Shown: piece by piece, positions 10,492 through 19,675 of the stretch | How positions within the stretch are numbered: position 1 is the first letter of the stretch | Layout: every line of letters begins with the position of its first letter | Origin: an uncultured Chlorobiaceae bacterium | GTDB taxonomy: Bacteria > Bacteroidota > Chlorobiia > Chlorobiales > Chlorobiaceae | Assembly: GCA_903994525.1 (NCBI GenBank) | Contig: CAJEXW010000003.1 | Coordinates: forward strand, 52,768-116,767 | Reading direction: 5' to 3' | DNA length: 64,000 nt | Translations under genes and position numbers: made by a program | Notes under the pieces: model-generated | Seen by the model: the letters and a program-made list of their open reading frames with translations, nothing else | The model's database searches: none | Told to the model about the DNA's origin: nothing

Positions 10492-11241
10492 ATGACCGTT
10501 ACTGGCAAGATGAAAAAAGCAGGGGTGATTGTTTTTATAGTTTTCGGCGTTGTCTTGTTGTTTGACAAACTGCTTATGCCCATGTACATCTCACTGGGAA
10601 GCGTCAAGGTTGTGCCGGATGTCACCAATATGGATTACCAAAATGCGTCGGAGAAATTACGGATGGCCGGTTTTGAAGCCATTAAAAGTTATCATGTAAA
10701 ATATCTCAGCAAGGTTGATTCGAATCTTGTTATCTCCCAGATGCCCTTGGCCGGGATGGAGGTGAAACCTGGCAGAAATGTCTATCTGGTGGTGAACCGT
10801 CGCGAAAAACCGGGCTTTCCGATGCCTGATTTTGTGGGAAGACCTGAATTTGATGCCCGTCAGGCGGCTGTGCGCATGGAGATTGTGCTTACGGGAGTGC
10901 AGCTCAGCACCGTTACCACTCCTGAGGAGAATGGTCGGGTGCTCAGTCAGTCGATTCCTGCCCAGACGATGGTCAAGCCGGGGACGGCAGCCTCTCTTAT
11001 TATTGGCAGGTATGAGGTATCTGCGCTTGGAATGAAGAAAGTCGCCCTGCCCAATGTGCTTGGCATGTCTCTTGCGCAGGCCAGGCAGGTTATTACTGAT
11101 TCAGGCCTTACAACGGGCAAAGTAACCACAGAATATTCAGCGTTGCTTGTTCCCAATACGGTTATAAGCCAGAAACCTGCCGTGGGTTCTTACATCTCTC
11201 CTGAACAGCCGGTTGAGTTGACGGTTGTTACGGCAGAATAA
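10492..11241 (+). CDS. Membrane-anchored PASTA-domain protein (about three repeats, no kinase domain)
   Basis: VPDVTNM, MPDFVG, LPNVLGMS repeats with VISQ.P motifs. Confidence 0.85.
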   Translation: MTVTGKMKKAGVIVFIVFGVVLLFDKLLMPMYISLGSVKVVPDVTNMDYQNASEKLRMAGFEAIKSYHVKYLSKVDSNLVISQMPLAGMEVKPGRNVYLVVNRREKPGFPMPDFVGRPEFDARQAAVRMEIVLTGVQLSTVTTPEENGRVLSQSIPAQTMVKPGTAASLIIGRYEVSALGMKKVALPNVLGMSLAQARQVITDSGLTTGKVTTEYSALLVPNTVISQKPAVGSYISPEQPVELTVVTAE

Positions 11242-11247
11242 GCTCTT

Positions 11248-11421
11248 CTACCGGTAGTTTGTGTTTTTATACTCTTCCCGGAGATCCTTGATGCCGGTTG
11301 TCCGGTCGTTACCATCGCTGATAATCCCAAAATATTCAAGAACGATGCGTACCACCAGCCACAGGCCGGCGATAATGAGTGAGAGTGATTCCCAGATATA
11401 ACTGATGCTTTTTTTTACCAT
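11248..11421 (-). CDS. Small single-pass membrane protein (57 aa)
   Basis: Manual translation: MVKKSISYIWESLSLIIAGLWLVVRIVLEYFGIISDGNDRTTGIKDLREEYKNTNYR*. Below the ORF-track cutoff. Confidence 0.6.
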   Translation of the reverse strand: MVKKSISYIWESLSLIIAGLWLVVRIVLEYFGIISDGNDRTTGIKDLREEYKNTNYR

Positions 11422-11512
11422 AGACTTATCAGAAAAATCAATACCCCGTGACCCTCTTCTTCAATGGAGTGGCCAGAGGGTATTGATGAAAGGTCAACCC
11501 CATTCAATCAAT

Positions 11513-11713
11513 TCAATCAGTCAAGCTGTCTTCCGCTTCGCACCAGTCGTCAATATCCGCGCCGTGGTTTTTCCCCCTTGCTTCCCAGCGGTAGTAGGCT
11601 GCAAGTCTTACCTGCTCTTCGCGCATCTCCGGGGTCAGTTCACTCTCTTCCTTTTTGCTTTTTTTTGTTGGAGCCTTTTTTTTGCTCTCTTTTTCAATCG
11701 TTGTCTTTGCCAT
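11513..11713 (-). CDS. DUF2934-like small protein
   Basis: [16 protein letters not shown]...DDWCEAE pattern with a Lys-rich N-terminus. Confidence 0.8.
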   Translation of the reverse strand: MAKTTIEKESKKKAPTKKSKKEESELTPEMREEQVRLAAYYRWEARGKNHGADIDDWCEAEDSLTD

Positions 11714-11781
11714 TGTCTCTTATTTTTTATTGTTGGTATGACCTAACTTATGCAATTTTAGGAAAGAAAAAAAGAGTCCTC

Positions 11782-12825
11782 TCAGCGAAACCTCTTTTCA
11801 AGAGCGCTGAATGAGATAACAAGAATGATGGCGAGTGCCTGGATGATCATAAAGATCTCTTTTGGTATCAAAGCATTGACCGTTAAACCACCATATTCCG
11901 TAAATCCGAAAAAAAGAGCTGAGGGAATCAGCCATAATGGATGAGCTCCTGCCAGGAGTGCAACGGTGATTCCGGTAAAACCGATTCCTCCTGTCGCGCC
12001 TGCCTCAAAATAATGTTTATAGCCAAGGATGATATTGGCCGCTCCAAGTCCGGCAGCCGCCCCCCCCAGCCCCATGGCGCTGAGTGAGTGTGATTTGGCG
12101 TTTATTCCCCCATACTGCGCGGCATCAGGTTGAAGGCCAGCCGCCCTCATCTCATAGCCAAACCGGGAATGAAACAGAAGAAACCAGCACAGCAGAGCCA
12201 TGCTGATGGCAAGAAGCGTGCTGAGATTGGCTGGAGAGTTGGTGAACCAGCCAGTGACTTTATACAGGGTTGGTATGGCTGCCGCTTTGACGATCGGGGA
12301 GGTGTGAACCGTCGAAGGGATTGCGAAATGGTAGGTCAGCAGATATCCGGTAATGGCCTGTGCGATAAAGTTGAGCATGATGGTTCCAATAACCTCGTTG
12401 ACCCCACACTGCACCTTGAGGACACCTGCCAGCAGGGCCCAGCAAGCCCCTGCCGCCATGGCTGCAAGGGTGCAGAGAAGTATGGCGGCAATTGGGGGTA
12501 TTGACTCCGGAAGCATGGTGCCGGTCATGGCGGCAGTAAAGGCACCCATAAGAAGTTGTCCCTCTCCGCCAATGTTAAAGAGTCGGAGTCTGAAGGGGAT
12601 GGCAACGGCAAGTCCGACAAGAAGCAGTGTAGTCATTTTGAAGATCAACTGACCCATGCCATAGGATGAGCCAAGTGTTGCGCTGAACATTTTCTGAAAA
12701 ATGATGAGCGGATTGCGGCCTGCAAGTGCAATAAGAAGTGCGCAGATGCCCCCTGCGGTGAGCAGTGAGAGAAAAGTGACAAAAAACCTGAGCGTTGTTC
12801 GATTCATGGTTGTCGGGTTATTCAT
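11782..12825 (-). CDS. Sugar/nucleoside ABC transporter permease
   Basis: FNIGGEGQ, NEVIGTIMLN, SRFGYEMRAAG...AAQYGGIN. Confidence 0.88.
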   Translation of the reverse strand: MNNPTTMNRTTLRFFVTFLSLLTAGGICALLIALAGRNPLIIFQKMFSATLGSSYGMGQLIFKMTTLLLVGLAVAIPFRLRLFNIGGEGQLLMGAFTAAMTGTMLPESIPPIAAILLCTLAAMAAGACWALLAGVLKVQCGVNEVIGTIMLNFIAQAITGYLLTYHFAIPSTVHTSPIVKAAAIPTLYKVTGWFTNSPANLSTLLAISMALLCWFLLFHSRFGYEMRAAGLQPDAAQYGGINAKSHSLSAMGLGGAAAGLGAANIILGYKHYFEAGATGGIGFTGITVALLAGAHPLWLIPSALFFGFTEYGGLTVNALIPKEIFMIIQALAIILVISFSALEKRFR

Positions 12826-14363
12826 GTGATATGAAGGCCGATCTCTTTCAGAAACTCATGCTCACTCTCCTTTTTCAGGGAGACCTCTTGCTGACAAAAT
12901 TCGTGGACTATGGAGCCTTTGAAGATGCAGCCAATTCGGGTTGACAGAGCAACAATCTCATCCAGTTCTGACGAGAGAAGCAGAATGGCCAGACCACGTT
13001 GTCGCGCCTCAATGATTTTTTTATGGATGGCCTCAATGGCACCAATATCAACTCCACGGGTTGGCTGGGCCAGAATCAGGAGGGATATTGCAGGCCGGTT
13101 GAACTCTCTGGCAAGGACAACCTTCTGCTGGTTTCCTCCCGAGAGCGTGCTGAGTTGTTGTGTTGCTGGCGCGCCGCATCTGATATCAAAATCAGCAATC
13201 ATCGTTTCTGCATAGTTTCTGATGACAGCGCTGCTGAATCCAAACCAATGGTGAAAAGAGCGCTCCCGATGCCGACCGAAAAGAAGATTTTCTGAAACCG
13301 TATAATTGGTTATAACTGCATGGCGCAGACGGTTTTCGGGAACGAGAGAGATTCCCGTCAGCGCTCTTTGGGCGGTTTTTTTGCCGATAATCGAAGCTCC
13401 GTTCAGTGTCGCTTCACCACAGATGATTGCTTCTTCAGCGGTCAGACCCCACAGGATCTGTAACAGTTCGCTCTGACCGTTTCCCTCAACACCAGCAATA
13501 CCGTAGATCTCGCCAGCTCTCACCTGCAGGGTCAGGTTTTGAAGCTTGATCTTCCCCTGTCGAGTTCGGTATCCAAGGTTTTTGAGAGAGAGCACTGTTT
13601 TGCCGGGAGTGGCTTCAGGGTTTGCAACGCTCATCAGAATCGTCCGCCCCACCATCATCCAGGCCAGCTCCTGTTTGGTTACGGAGGATGCCGCAACAGT
13701 GCCGACAATTTCACCTTTTCGCATCACGCTGATGGTGTCGGCCACCGAGAGCACCTCATCAAGTTTATGGGTAATGAGGATAATGGTTTTACCCTGATTG
13801 CGGAGAGAGCGGAGCGTCTCAAAAAGCCGCTCGCTCTCCGAAGGGGTGAGCACTGCGGTTGGTTCATCAAAAATCATGATAGAGGCCTGGCGAAAAAGCA
13901 GCTTGAGGATTTCGACCCGCTGCTGTTCACCGACGCTCAGTGTGGTTACCAGAGCATCAGGATCAACGGCCAGTCCATAGCTCTCTGCATCTTGTTTGAT
14001 GGTGGCTTTCGCCTTTTTCAGGGGAAGGGGAGCAAACAGATGGCTCCGTTCGTGGCCGAGGATGATGTTTTCAGTAACCGAAAGTTCCGGCACAAGCATG
14101 AAGTGCTGATGAACCATCCCTATCCCGGCCCTGATAGCTTCACGAGGGGAGGTGAAACGTCGCGCTTTATCCTCAATGAACAGCACTCCTGATGTCGGCA
14201 GGTGCATGCCGTAGATGATTTTGGTCAGGGTACTTTTGCCTGCGCCGTTTTCGCCGACAATCGCATGAATCCTCCCTTTTTCGATCGAGAGTGAGATATT
14301 GCTGTTTGCAGTAAAGCCTCCAAACTTTTTTGAAACAGCGCTCAAACGGACAGCTACAGCCAT
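12822..14363 (-). CDS. Sugar/nucleoside ABC transporter ATP-binding protein (two ABC domains)
   Basis: GENGAGKST, LSVGEQQRVE, LSGGNQQK, QPTRGVDIGA. Confidence 0.92.
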   Translation of the reverse strand: MAVAVRLSAVSKKFGGFTANSNISLSIEKGRIHAIVGENGAGKSTLTKIIYGMHLPTSGVLFIEDKARRFTSPREAIRAGIGMVHQHFMLVPELSVTENIILGHERSHLFAPLPLKKAKATIKQDAESYGLAVDPDALVTTLSVGEQQRVEILKLLFRQASIMIFDEPTAVLTPSESERLFETLRSLRNQGKTIILITHKLDEVLSVADTISVMRKGEIVGTVAASSVTKQELAWMMVGRTILMSVANPEATPGKTVLSLKNLGYRTRQGKIKLQNLTLQVRAGEIYGIAGVEGNGQSELLQILWGLTAEEAIICGEATLNGASIIGKKTAQRALTGISLVPENRLRHAVITNYTVSENLLFGRHRERSFHHWFGFSSAVIRNYAETMIADFDIRCGAPATQQLSTLSGGNQQKVVLAREFNRPAISLLILAQPTRGVDIGAIEAIHKKIIEARQRGLAILLLSSELDEIVALSTRIGCIFKGSIVHEFCQQEVSLKKESEHEFLKEIGLHIT

Positions 14364-14383
14364 GACAGAGAGATTTTCAGTCG

Positions 14384-15340
14384 TTATACCCAGCTTAAAA
14401 CGGTTTTTATAGACTCTTTGCCATCAAGTGCTTTGCGGTAAGCCAGTTCAAACTGGGAGACCGGGAAGACCGCCGTGAAAAACTTTTCGGTATCAAGTCG
14501 GCCCTCCTCCAGCAGGGAAGAGGCACTCTTGATGTGTGCAAGGGTGGTGATGCAGGAGCAGACGATAGCGGGCTCTTTATGCTGTATCAGTCGATAGTCA
14601 TAGGCCATCACCTCATAGTTACCCATCAGCAGCACAACGGCCTGTGATTTCATGAGCCGCACCGCTTTTTCAACAAGCAGGATTCGTCCGGTTGTTTCGA
14701 TGATGACATCATAGCGGTTGTTGAACTCCGGGGTAAAATCAACAAGGTCGAGCGCAATGTTTTCAGCATGGGAGAGCTGCCCCCGGATGCCAAAAGTCTC
14801 AACTGCATCAACATGCTGGAATCCAAGCAGATGCAGGTACTCCGAGACCATCAGCCCAACGGAGCCGAGACCGAGTATGAGAACTCGTGCAGAGCTGTCA
14901 GCGGGTATTTTTTCGATGGCGCTGATGACGTAAGCGAGCAGTCCGGTGAGCAGATCGCGGTGAATGGGGAGGCGACCAAGGGCGAGGACATTGTTGCGTG
15001 ACGTAGGGATGATTTCGGCATGGCACCCCGCATAGGATTCAATACCAGGCCAGCGGTCACCCCTGAAGGTGTAAACAAAGTCACCGGGCTGCAGGTCAGT
15101 TATTAAGGTACCTGTCCTGAAAACCTGTCCTATAGCCTCACTTCCGGGCATGATCGGGTATTTGAAGACCCGACTCGATACCGGTTTGTTGGTCAGCAGA
15201 AGCCGGTCAAAGCCGGGTGTTATAGCGGTTGCAATGGTTTTAACCAGGATATCGTTCGGCTGATCAGCATGGTATGCCGTCTTCTGCAGTTTCAGCCTGT
15301 TGGCCTTTTGGAGGACGATTGCCTGAGCTTCTCCCTTCAT
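14384..15340 (-). CDS. BchC-like medium-chain dehydrogenase (no Zn-ligand Cys/His apparent)
   Basis: MKGEAQAIVLQ..., PIMPGSEAIG in place of GHE, LGLGSVG Rossmann motif. Layout resembles BchC-type enzymes. Start placed at ATG 15340. Confidence 0.6.
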   Translation of the reverse strand: MKGEAQAIVLQKANRLKLQKTAYHADQPNDILVKTIATAITPGFDRLLLTNKPVSSRVFKYPIMPGSEAIGQVFRTGTLITDLQPGDFVYTFRGDRWPGIESYAGCHAEIIPTSRNNVLALGRLPIHRDLLTGLLAYVISAIEKIPADSSARVLILGLGSVGLMVSEYLHLLGFQHVDAVETFGIRGQLSHAENIALDLVDFTPEFNNRYDVIIETTGRILLVEKAVRLMKSQAVVLLMGNYEVMAYDYRLIQHKEPAIVCSCITTLAHIKSASSLLEEGRLDTEKFFTAVFPVSQFELAYRKALDGKESIKTVLSWV

Positions 15341-15494
15341 GGTCGTTGGTTTGGTTACTTCAAAAATCTGTTGTTTCGGCGGTGCGCCATCGCTATGTTG
15401 TTTCGGGGCAGTTAGCCTTTTGTCCTTTGCCCTATTTCTTATACAGTCAAGATAGTGAATGGGGGGAGATAAACAGGGTTGAGAAATTTGTAAA

Positions 15495-15983
15495 ATGGAA
15501 AGGGGAGGGGAGGAGATAAACGTTGCGATTCGTGAGATGGTGATCGGTAGGATTGCCATTGCGGAGCTTGGCGGGTCTATCACCAATCTTTTTTTCCCCG
15601 GCGAGCCTCTTCCGGTTGCTGCTGCATATCGTGAGACGCCGCTTCTACAGGAGGCCTTCTCTCAGTTGGAGAGCTATTTTTCGGGGAAGAGGAGAGCTTT
15701 TGCATTGCGCCTTGCTCCAGCGGGCACACTCTTTATGCAGCGCATCTGGCACCATGTCACCCTCATTCCCTACGGAAGCACCGCAAGTTATCAGGAGATA
15801 GCCACTCTTGCCGGAAATCCGCAGGCGGTTCGGGCTGTGGGGATGGCCAACCACCGCAATCCTCTGCCAATTTTTATACCCTGCCACCGGGTTCTTGGCA
15901 AGGATGGTTCACTCTCGGGCTATCGGGGCGGTGTGGCGTTGAAACAGGCTCTGCTGTTGCTTGAAGGGGGGCGGGCACTCTGA
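15495..15983 (+). CDS. ogt: Methylated-DNA-protein-cysteine methyltransferase
   Basis: IPYGSTASY, AVRAVGMAN..NPLPIFIPCHRV active site. Start uncertain. Confidence 0.9.
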   Translation: MERGGEEINVAIREMVIGRIAIAELGGSITNLFFPGEPLPVAAAYRETPLLQEAFSQLESYFSGKRRAFALRLAPAGTLFMQRIWHHVTLIPYGSTASYQEIATLAGNPQAVRAVGMANHRNPLPIFIPCHRVLGKDGSLSGYRGGVALKQALLLLEGGRAL

Positions 15984-16031
15984 GGGAATCCGTTCAGGCT
16001 CTGCAACACTGTGAGTATGGCAGCGTCAGAA

Positions 16032-16949
16032 CTATGAATGAATCCGGGCAAGAAATTTTTTGACAGCGCCTGTAAACGCCTCCGGTTGCTCCTCCTGCGG
16101 AAGATGGCCGCAATCGGGCACAACCACCAGCTCTGCATGAGGAAGTTCCCTGGCAAGCCGGAGACTCTCCTCTGTCTTAACTGTCAAATCGTACTCTCCG
16201 GTCACGACGAGCGACGGCAGCGGCATGGTTTTCAGTCGCCTCTCCAGCCCTAGGTGGTGCGTCTCAAGAAAAAGCTCCCAGAAGGCTCTTGACCAGTCAC
16301 CAACCATCAGGTCATTGCGGAAGGCGGCCAGCACTTCGTCGCTCAGTCGCTCCTTGTTATGCCAGAAACCGCGAATATTCTTTTCGTACAGTCTTGTGAT
16401 CAGAACCTTCATTAATCTGGAAAAGAGTGGTGTCATGGCTTTCATGAAAGGCTTCATAAATGCTGGCACTTCACTGGTGGCATAGCCACTGTAAATCATG
16501 GCTCCAACCAGCACAACTCCATAAACATGCTGAGGGTATCGCAGGGTCGTGAGCAGCGCCAGAGTGCCACCGGTTGAATTGCCGACCAGCACGGCTTTGC
16601 TGAAGCCAAGTTCTTTTATCAGCGCGATAACCAGGTCACTTTGGGCTTCGGGCGAGTAGCTGACTCCATTATGTTTTGAGGGCAACGGGCGCGATGTTCG
16701 CCCAAATGCCGGGCGGTCAAACGCAATGACGGTTGTGCTCTCCGCAAGCTGCTCAAAGACATGGCTCCACGAGCGGATACTTAAAAAGCTCCCATGCAAC
16801 AGTACAACAAGCGGCTTTTTGTTGCCTGCTATTCGGTAATGAACATTGAATCCATTCACCTCAATGAAACGGCTGTCGGCAGGGAGTGGCAGCCCCCGAG
16901 AGGTACCGGATTGAGGAGTCTCCAGATTATCTCGTCTGGTCATGTGCAA
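16032..16949 (-). CDS. Alpha/beta hydrolase
   Basis: LLHGSF, FDRPAFG, GNSTGG nucleophile elbow, CGHLPQEE. Confidence 0.88.
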   Translation of the reverse strand: MHMTRRDNLETPQSGTSRGLPLPADSRFIEVNGFNVHYRIAGNKKPLVVLLHGSFLSIRSWSHVFEQLAESTTVIAFDRPAFGRTSRPLPSKHNGVSYSPEAQSDLVIALIKELGFSKAVLVGNSTGGTLALLTTLRYPQHVYGVVLVGAMIYSGYATSEVPAFMKPFMKAMTPLFSRLMKVLITRLYEKNIRGFWHNKERLSDEVLAAFRNDLMVGDWSRAFWELFLETHHLGLERRLKTMPLPSLVVTGEYDLTVKTEESLRLARELPHAELVVVPDCGHLPQEEQPEAFTGAVKKFLARIHS

Positions 16950-17112
16950 AGAAACTTGTCAATGTTCTGTTCTCGAAGCGTGCGAACGTTGTTGATCAAC
17001 GGAGATTGAGCCTGAATATAAGCATTGCACCCTTTTTTTCGGAAGAGCTTTTTACTTGCTGTTGCGCACTCCGCAGGCTGTTGGACTTATGATGGCCGGA
17101 TGATTCATTACC

Positions 17113-17805
17113 TTATCCCCCAGATGGTTGCAAATGCCCATCTGCCATACGCAGACAGCGATCAGCAAGCGCAGCATACTCTTCGTTATGGGTGACGATA
17201 ACGAAAGAGGTACGCCGCTCCTTGCTCAGCTTTGCCATCAGCTCATAAAGGATGCGGCTGTTCTGGTTGTCGAGGTTGCCGCTTGGCTCGTCGGCCAGCA
17301 CCAGTTTTGGGTTGTTCATCAAGGCCCGGGCAATGGCAACGCGCTGTTGTTCGCCACCGGAGAGTTCTGAGGGGAGGTGGTCGAACCGCTCCGAAAGTCC
17401 CAGGCTTGCCAGCAGTTCTGCTGCCCGTTTTTTTGCTGGCGGCAATGTGTTCGTTGCGATAAATTCTGGCATCGCCACATTTTCGAGGGCGGTGAAGTCG
17501 GAAAGGAGGTGGTGAAACTGAAAGACGAAGCCGATTTTCTGGTTCCTGAACCTGGCCAGCGCCTTTTGGGAGAGCGTGTATTTTGAATCCTTGAACAGGA
17601 GTTCCTTGTCGAACATGATCTCGCCACTGTCGGGGGTGTCGAGGGTACCGAGCAGATTCAGCAAGGTTGTTTTGCCGCTTCCCGAGGCTCCAATGATGGT
17701 CACCATCTCTCCTTCCCCAACAGTTATATCAACCCCGTGAAGAATCTGGATAGTGCGCTTGCCCGGTATGGTGTATGACTTGCTGATATTTGTTGCTGTG
17801 AGCAT
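17113..17805 (-). CDS. lolD: LolD-like ABC transporter ATP-binding protein
   Basis: [43 protein letters not shown]. Confidence 0.75.
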   Translation of the reverse strand: MLTATNISKSYTIPGKRTIQILHGVDITVGEGEMVTIIGASGSGKTTLLNLLGTLDTPDSGEIMFDKELLFKDSKYTLSQKALARFRNQKIGFVFQFHHLLSDFTALENVAMPEFIATNTLPPAKKRAAELLASLGLSERFDHLPSELSGGEQQRVAIARALMNNPKLVLADEPSGNLDNQNSRILYELMAKLSKERRTSFVIVTHNEEYAALADRCLRMADGHLQPSGG

Positions 17806-17879
17806 TATGACGTTGGTCTGGTTGTGCCGTTTCCGTCGATGATTCCATTGATGCGGTTTATATCTATTTTCAATGTGTG

Positions 17880-18209
17880 TTAATGACCAGCCATGCTGGA
17901 GAATAAATTTATAAGAACAATGCCAATCAGGATCAATGAAATTCCAAGAACTCCAGCAATATCAATTGATTGATCAAAGAAGAATATACCAATTATTGAA
18001 ATGAACAGTATGCCTAAACCACTCCAAATTGCATAAGCTATACTAACGGGAATATCCCTTAACGCTAATGAAAAAAAGTAGAAAGTCACACCATAACCAA
18101 TAATGCAGATAATGTTTGGTATAATTTTTGTAAATCCGGCCGACATTTTCAGAGAGGTTGTTGCTATCACCTCACCCACTATTGCAAGAATAAGAAAGAT
18201 CCATTTCAT
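17880..18209 (-). CDS. SMR-family multidrug/quaternary-ammonium efflux pump (Qac/EmrE-like)
   Basis: AIVGEVIATTSLK with the conserved Glu14, AYAIWSGLG, four TM segments; AT-rich. Confidence 0.92.
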   Translation of the reverse strand: MKWIFLILAIVGEVIATTSLKMSAGFTKIIPNIICIIGYGVTFYFFSLALRDIPVSIAYAIWSGLGILFISIIGIFFFDQSIDIAGVLGISLILIGIVLINLFSSMAGH

Positions 18210-18352
18210 AGTTATCTGATACAATTACAAACCAATTTTCTCTTGCCAACCCGTTACATTCTCCACTATCCGGCTCCGAATATTCTGATACTTTGAGCTT
18301 GCGAGCAATAGTTACCGATCAGGGGGATTATCTTTTCGCAAGAGTTCAACTC

Positions 18353-18712
18353 TCAACTACCGTATTCGCGTTTGCCCAAACTCTCTGCCAAAATGGATGT
18401 TACAAGAGAGTTCATGCTGACACCCTCTTGTTTTGCTCTTATAACCAAACGTGAATGAATGGTTTTAGGTACCCTTTGAATAAACTTGCCACTATACATG
18501 CCACCACTGCCCGGTTCAGGAACAGGCATGTCCAAGCTTTCCAGGGCGGCTATTGTTTCTTGTAAGGCATCCATGCCATTTTCAATGGCTTCGGCTATCG
18601 TTTCGCCGTCTGAAATACATTCAGTAAAGTCATTGAATGAAATCATATAACCACCACCATCTTCTTTTGAGAGGGGACGAATTTCAAATGGGTATTTGCT
18701 TACATTTTTCAT
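18353..18712 (-). CDS. hicB: HicB-family antitoxin (RNase H-like domain plus RHH)
   Basis: YPFEIRPL..EDGGGY.I.F.D...CISDGET..EA, then YSGKFIQRVPKTIH. Confidence 0.88.
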   Translation of the reverse strand: MKNVSKYPFEIRPLSKEDGGGYMISFNDFTECISDGETIAEAIENGMDALQETIAALESLDMPVPEPGSGGMYSGKFIQRVPKTIHSRLVIRAKQEGVSMNSLVTSILAESLGKREYGS

Positions 18713-18715
18713 AGC

Positions 18716-18941
18716 TCAATCCATTATAAAATCAACAAATTTTTTGATGTATGCCGGTTTAATTGGCCTGTGAGCAGGTGCAGGTAATGTCCGACCATCA
18801 CTGCGTATAAAAACGACGTGACTTGTACCGCGTTGTCGCCAGTTTAATATTGTAAGCGCCAGCAACGGTTTTCAGACTATCAATCCGCCAATCAAGGGGA
18901 TTGTTTTGCATTTGCTGGAGGATTTTATCTGCTTTGCTCAC
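18716..18941 (-). pseudogene. hicA: HicA-family toxin, frameshifted by one extra base
   Basis: GTG 18941 gives SKADKILQQMQNNPLDWRIDSLKTVAGAYNIK. After one extra base (ATT AAA C TGG, about 18840-18848) it continues WRQRGTSHVVFIRSDGRTLPAPAHRPIKPAYIKKFVDFIMD*. Total 226 nt = 3n+1. Confidence 0.85.
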
Positions 18942-19048
18942 AAGATGAATGATACTAAACGTGATATCATAATGCAAGTGGGGAAAAGAAAATGAAGAGA
19001 TTTATTTGGTCTTTCAGCTTTCAAAGTCCTGAAATTTCCTTGGCGATT

Positions 19049-19267
19049 TCACAGGCGACAATGGACAAGGGGAGATGTCTTGCCTTTTCGTTTCTCTTCC
19101 AGTACCTCATCGGCGAGCATCTCAAGGATGTCTTCCGATTCTGCAAACGTTTTTTGCCATTTCGCTTCAGAATGGAACTCGTCAAGAAGCCATTTTGCCA
19201 ATGCGTTCTGCTCTACCGCCGGGAGGTTTTCTGCAGTTTTAAATGCCTTGGTGAGCAATGTGGTCAT
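19049..19267 (-). CDS. Putative type II antitoxin, apparently orphaned
   Basis: MTTLLTKAFKTAENLP..EQNALAKWLLDE..SE..W..TF pattern of small antitoxins that usually precede RelE/ParE toxins. Downstream there is only a short GTGA-coupled MKS... stub. Confidence 0.6.
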   Translation of the reverse strand: MTTLLTKAFKTAENLPAVEQNALAKWLLDEFHSEAKWQKTFAESEDILEMLADEVLEEKRKGKTSPLVHCRL

Positions 19268-19299
19268 GCTGTTTTTCCTCTGTCTGCCGGTGATTTTCA

Positions 19300-19387
19300 G
19301 CGTAACGGTTTATGATACTATCTTGTTCTTTGGGGTAAATCGTCTTGTATTATTGAAAGAACAGCGTAGTATACGAAATTATTAGTT
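19300..19387. other. Degenerate attC-like imperfect inverted repeat (88 bp)
   Basis: GCGTAAC-GGTTT-ATGATACTATCTTGTTCTTT ... AAAGAACAGCGTAGTATACG-AAATT-ATTAGTT; inner arms match 14/17. Minus strand ends AAACC-GTTACGC. Confidence 0.4.
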
Positions 19388-19410
19388 CTCAAAACCCGTA
19401 CCCATGACAA

Positions 19411-19659
19411 TTATAATATTGTCTTCCCATGAACCCACAACTCATGTTCACTAATATCGATATCCTTTCGCCAAACAACCGCGTAGCAACCCACATCCAC
19501 TCTCACAGCTCTGAACAGTGCTGCGTTGCTCAATGGTGCAAACATCTCCTTCTCAAGCAAGGGATTAATGTCGTAGGTTTTCTTCTGATGATTATCGAAT
19601 TCAACGAGAAGTGAATGATCATCAATTGCTATTGCGCTTATGATTTTTGGATGATTCAT
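19411..19659 (-). CDS. DUF2442-like protein
   Basis: IISAIAIDDHSLLVEFDN..KKTYDI.PLL...F.PL...F..V.VD.G..VVW..DIDI. Confidence 0.78.
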   Translation of the reverse strand: MNHPKIISAIAIDDHSLLVEFDNHQKKTYDINPLLEKEMFAPLSNAALFRAVRVDVGCYAVVWRKDIDISEHELWVHGKTIL

Positions 19660-19675
19660 CATGCTCATAAGGGTT

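Noticed and set aside
17806-17882. CATTAAC at the SMR stop as a possible attC left core
   Set aside because: No matching GTT core or paired arms downstream.
18244-18256. GTTGGCA core-like motif upstream of the SMR gene
   Set aside because: No complementary partner found; at best a half-site.
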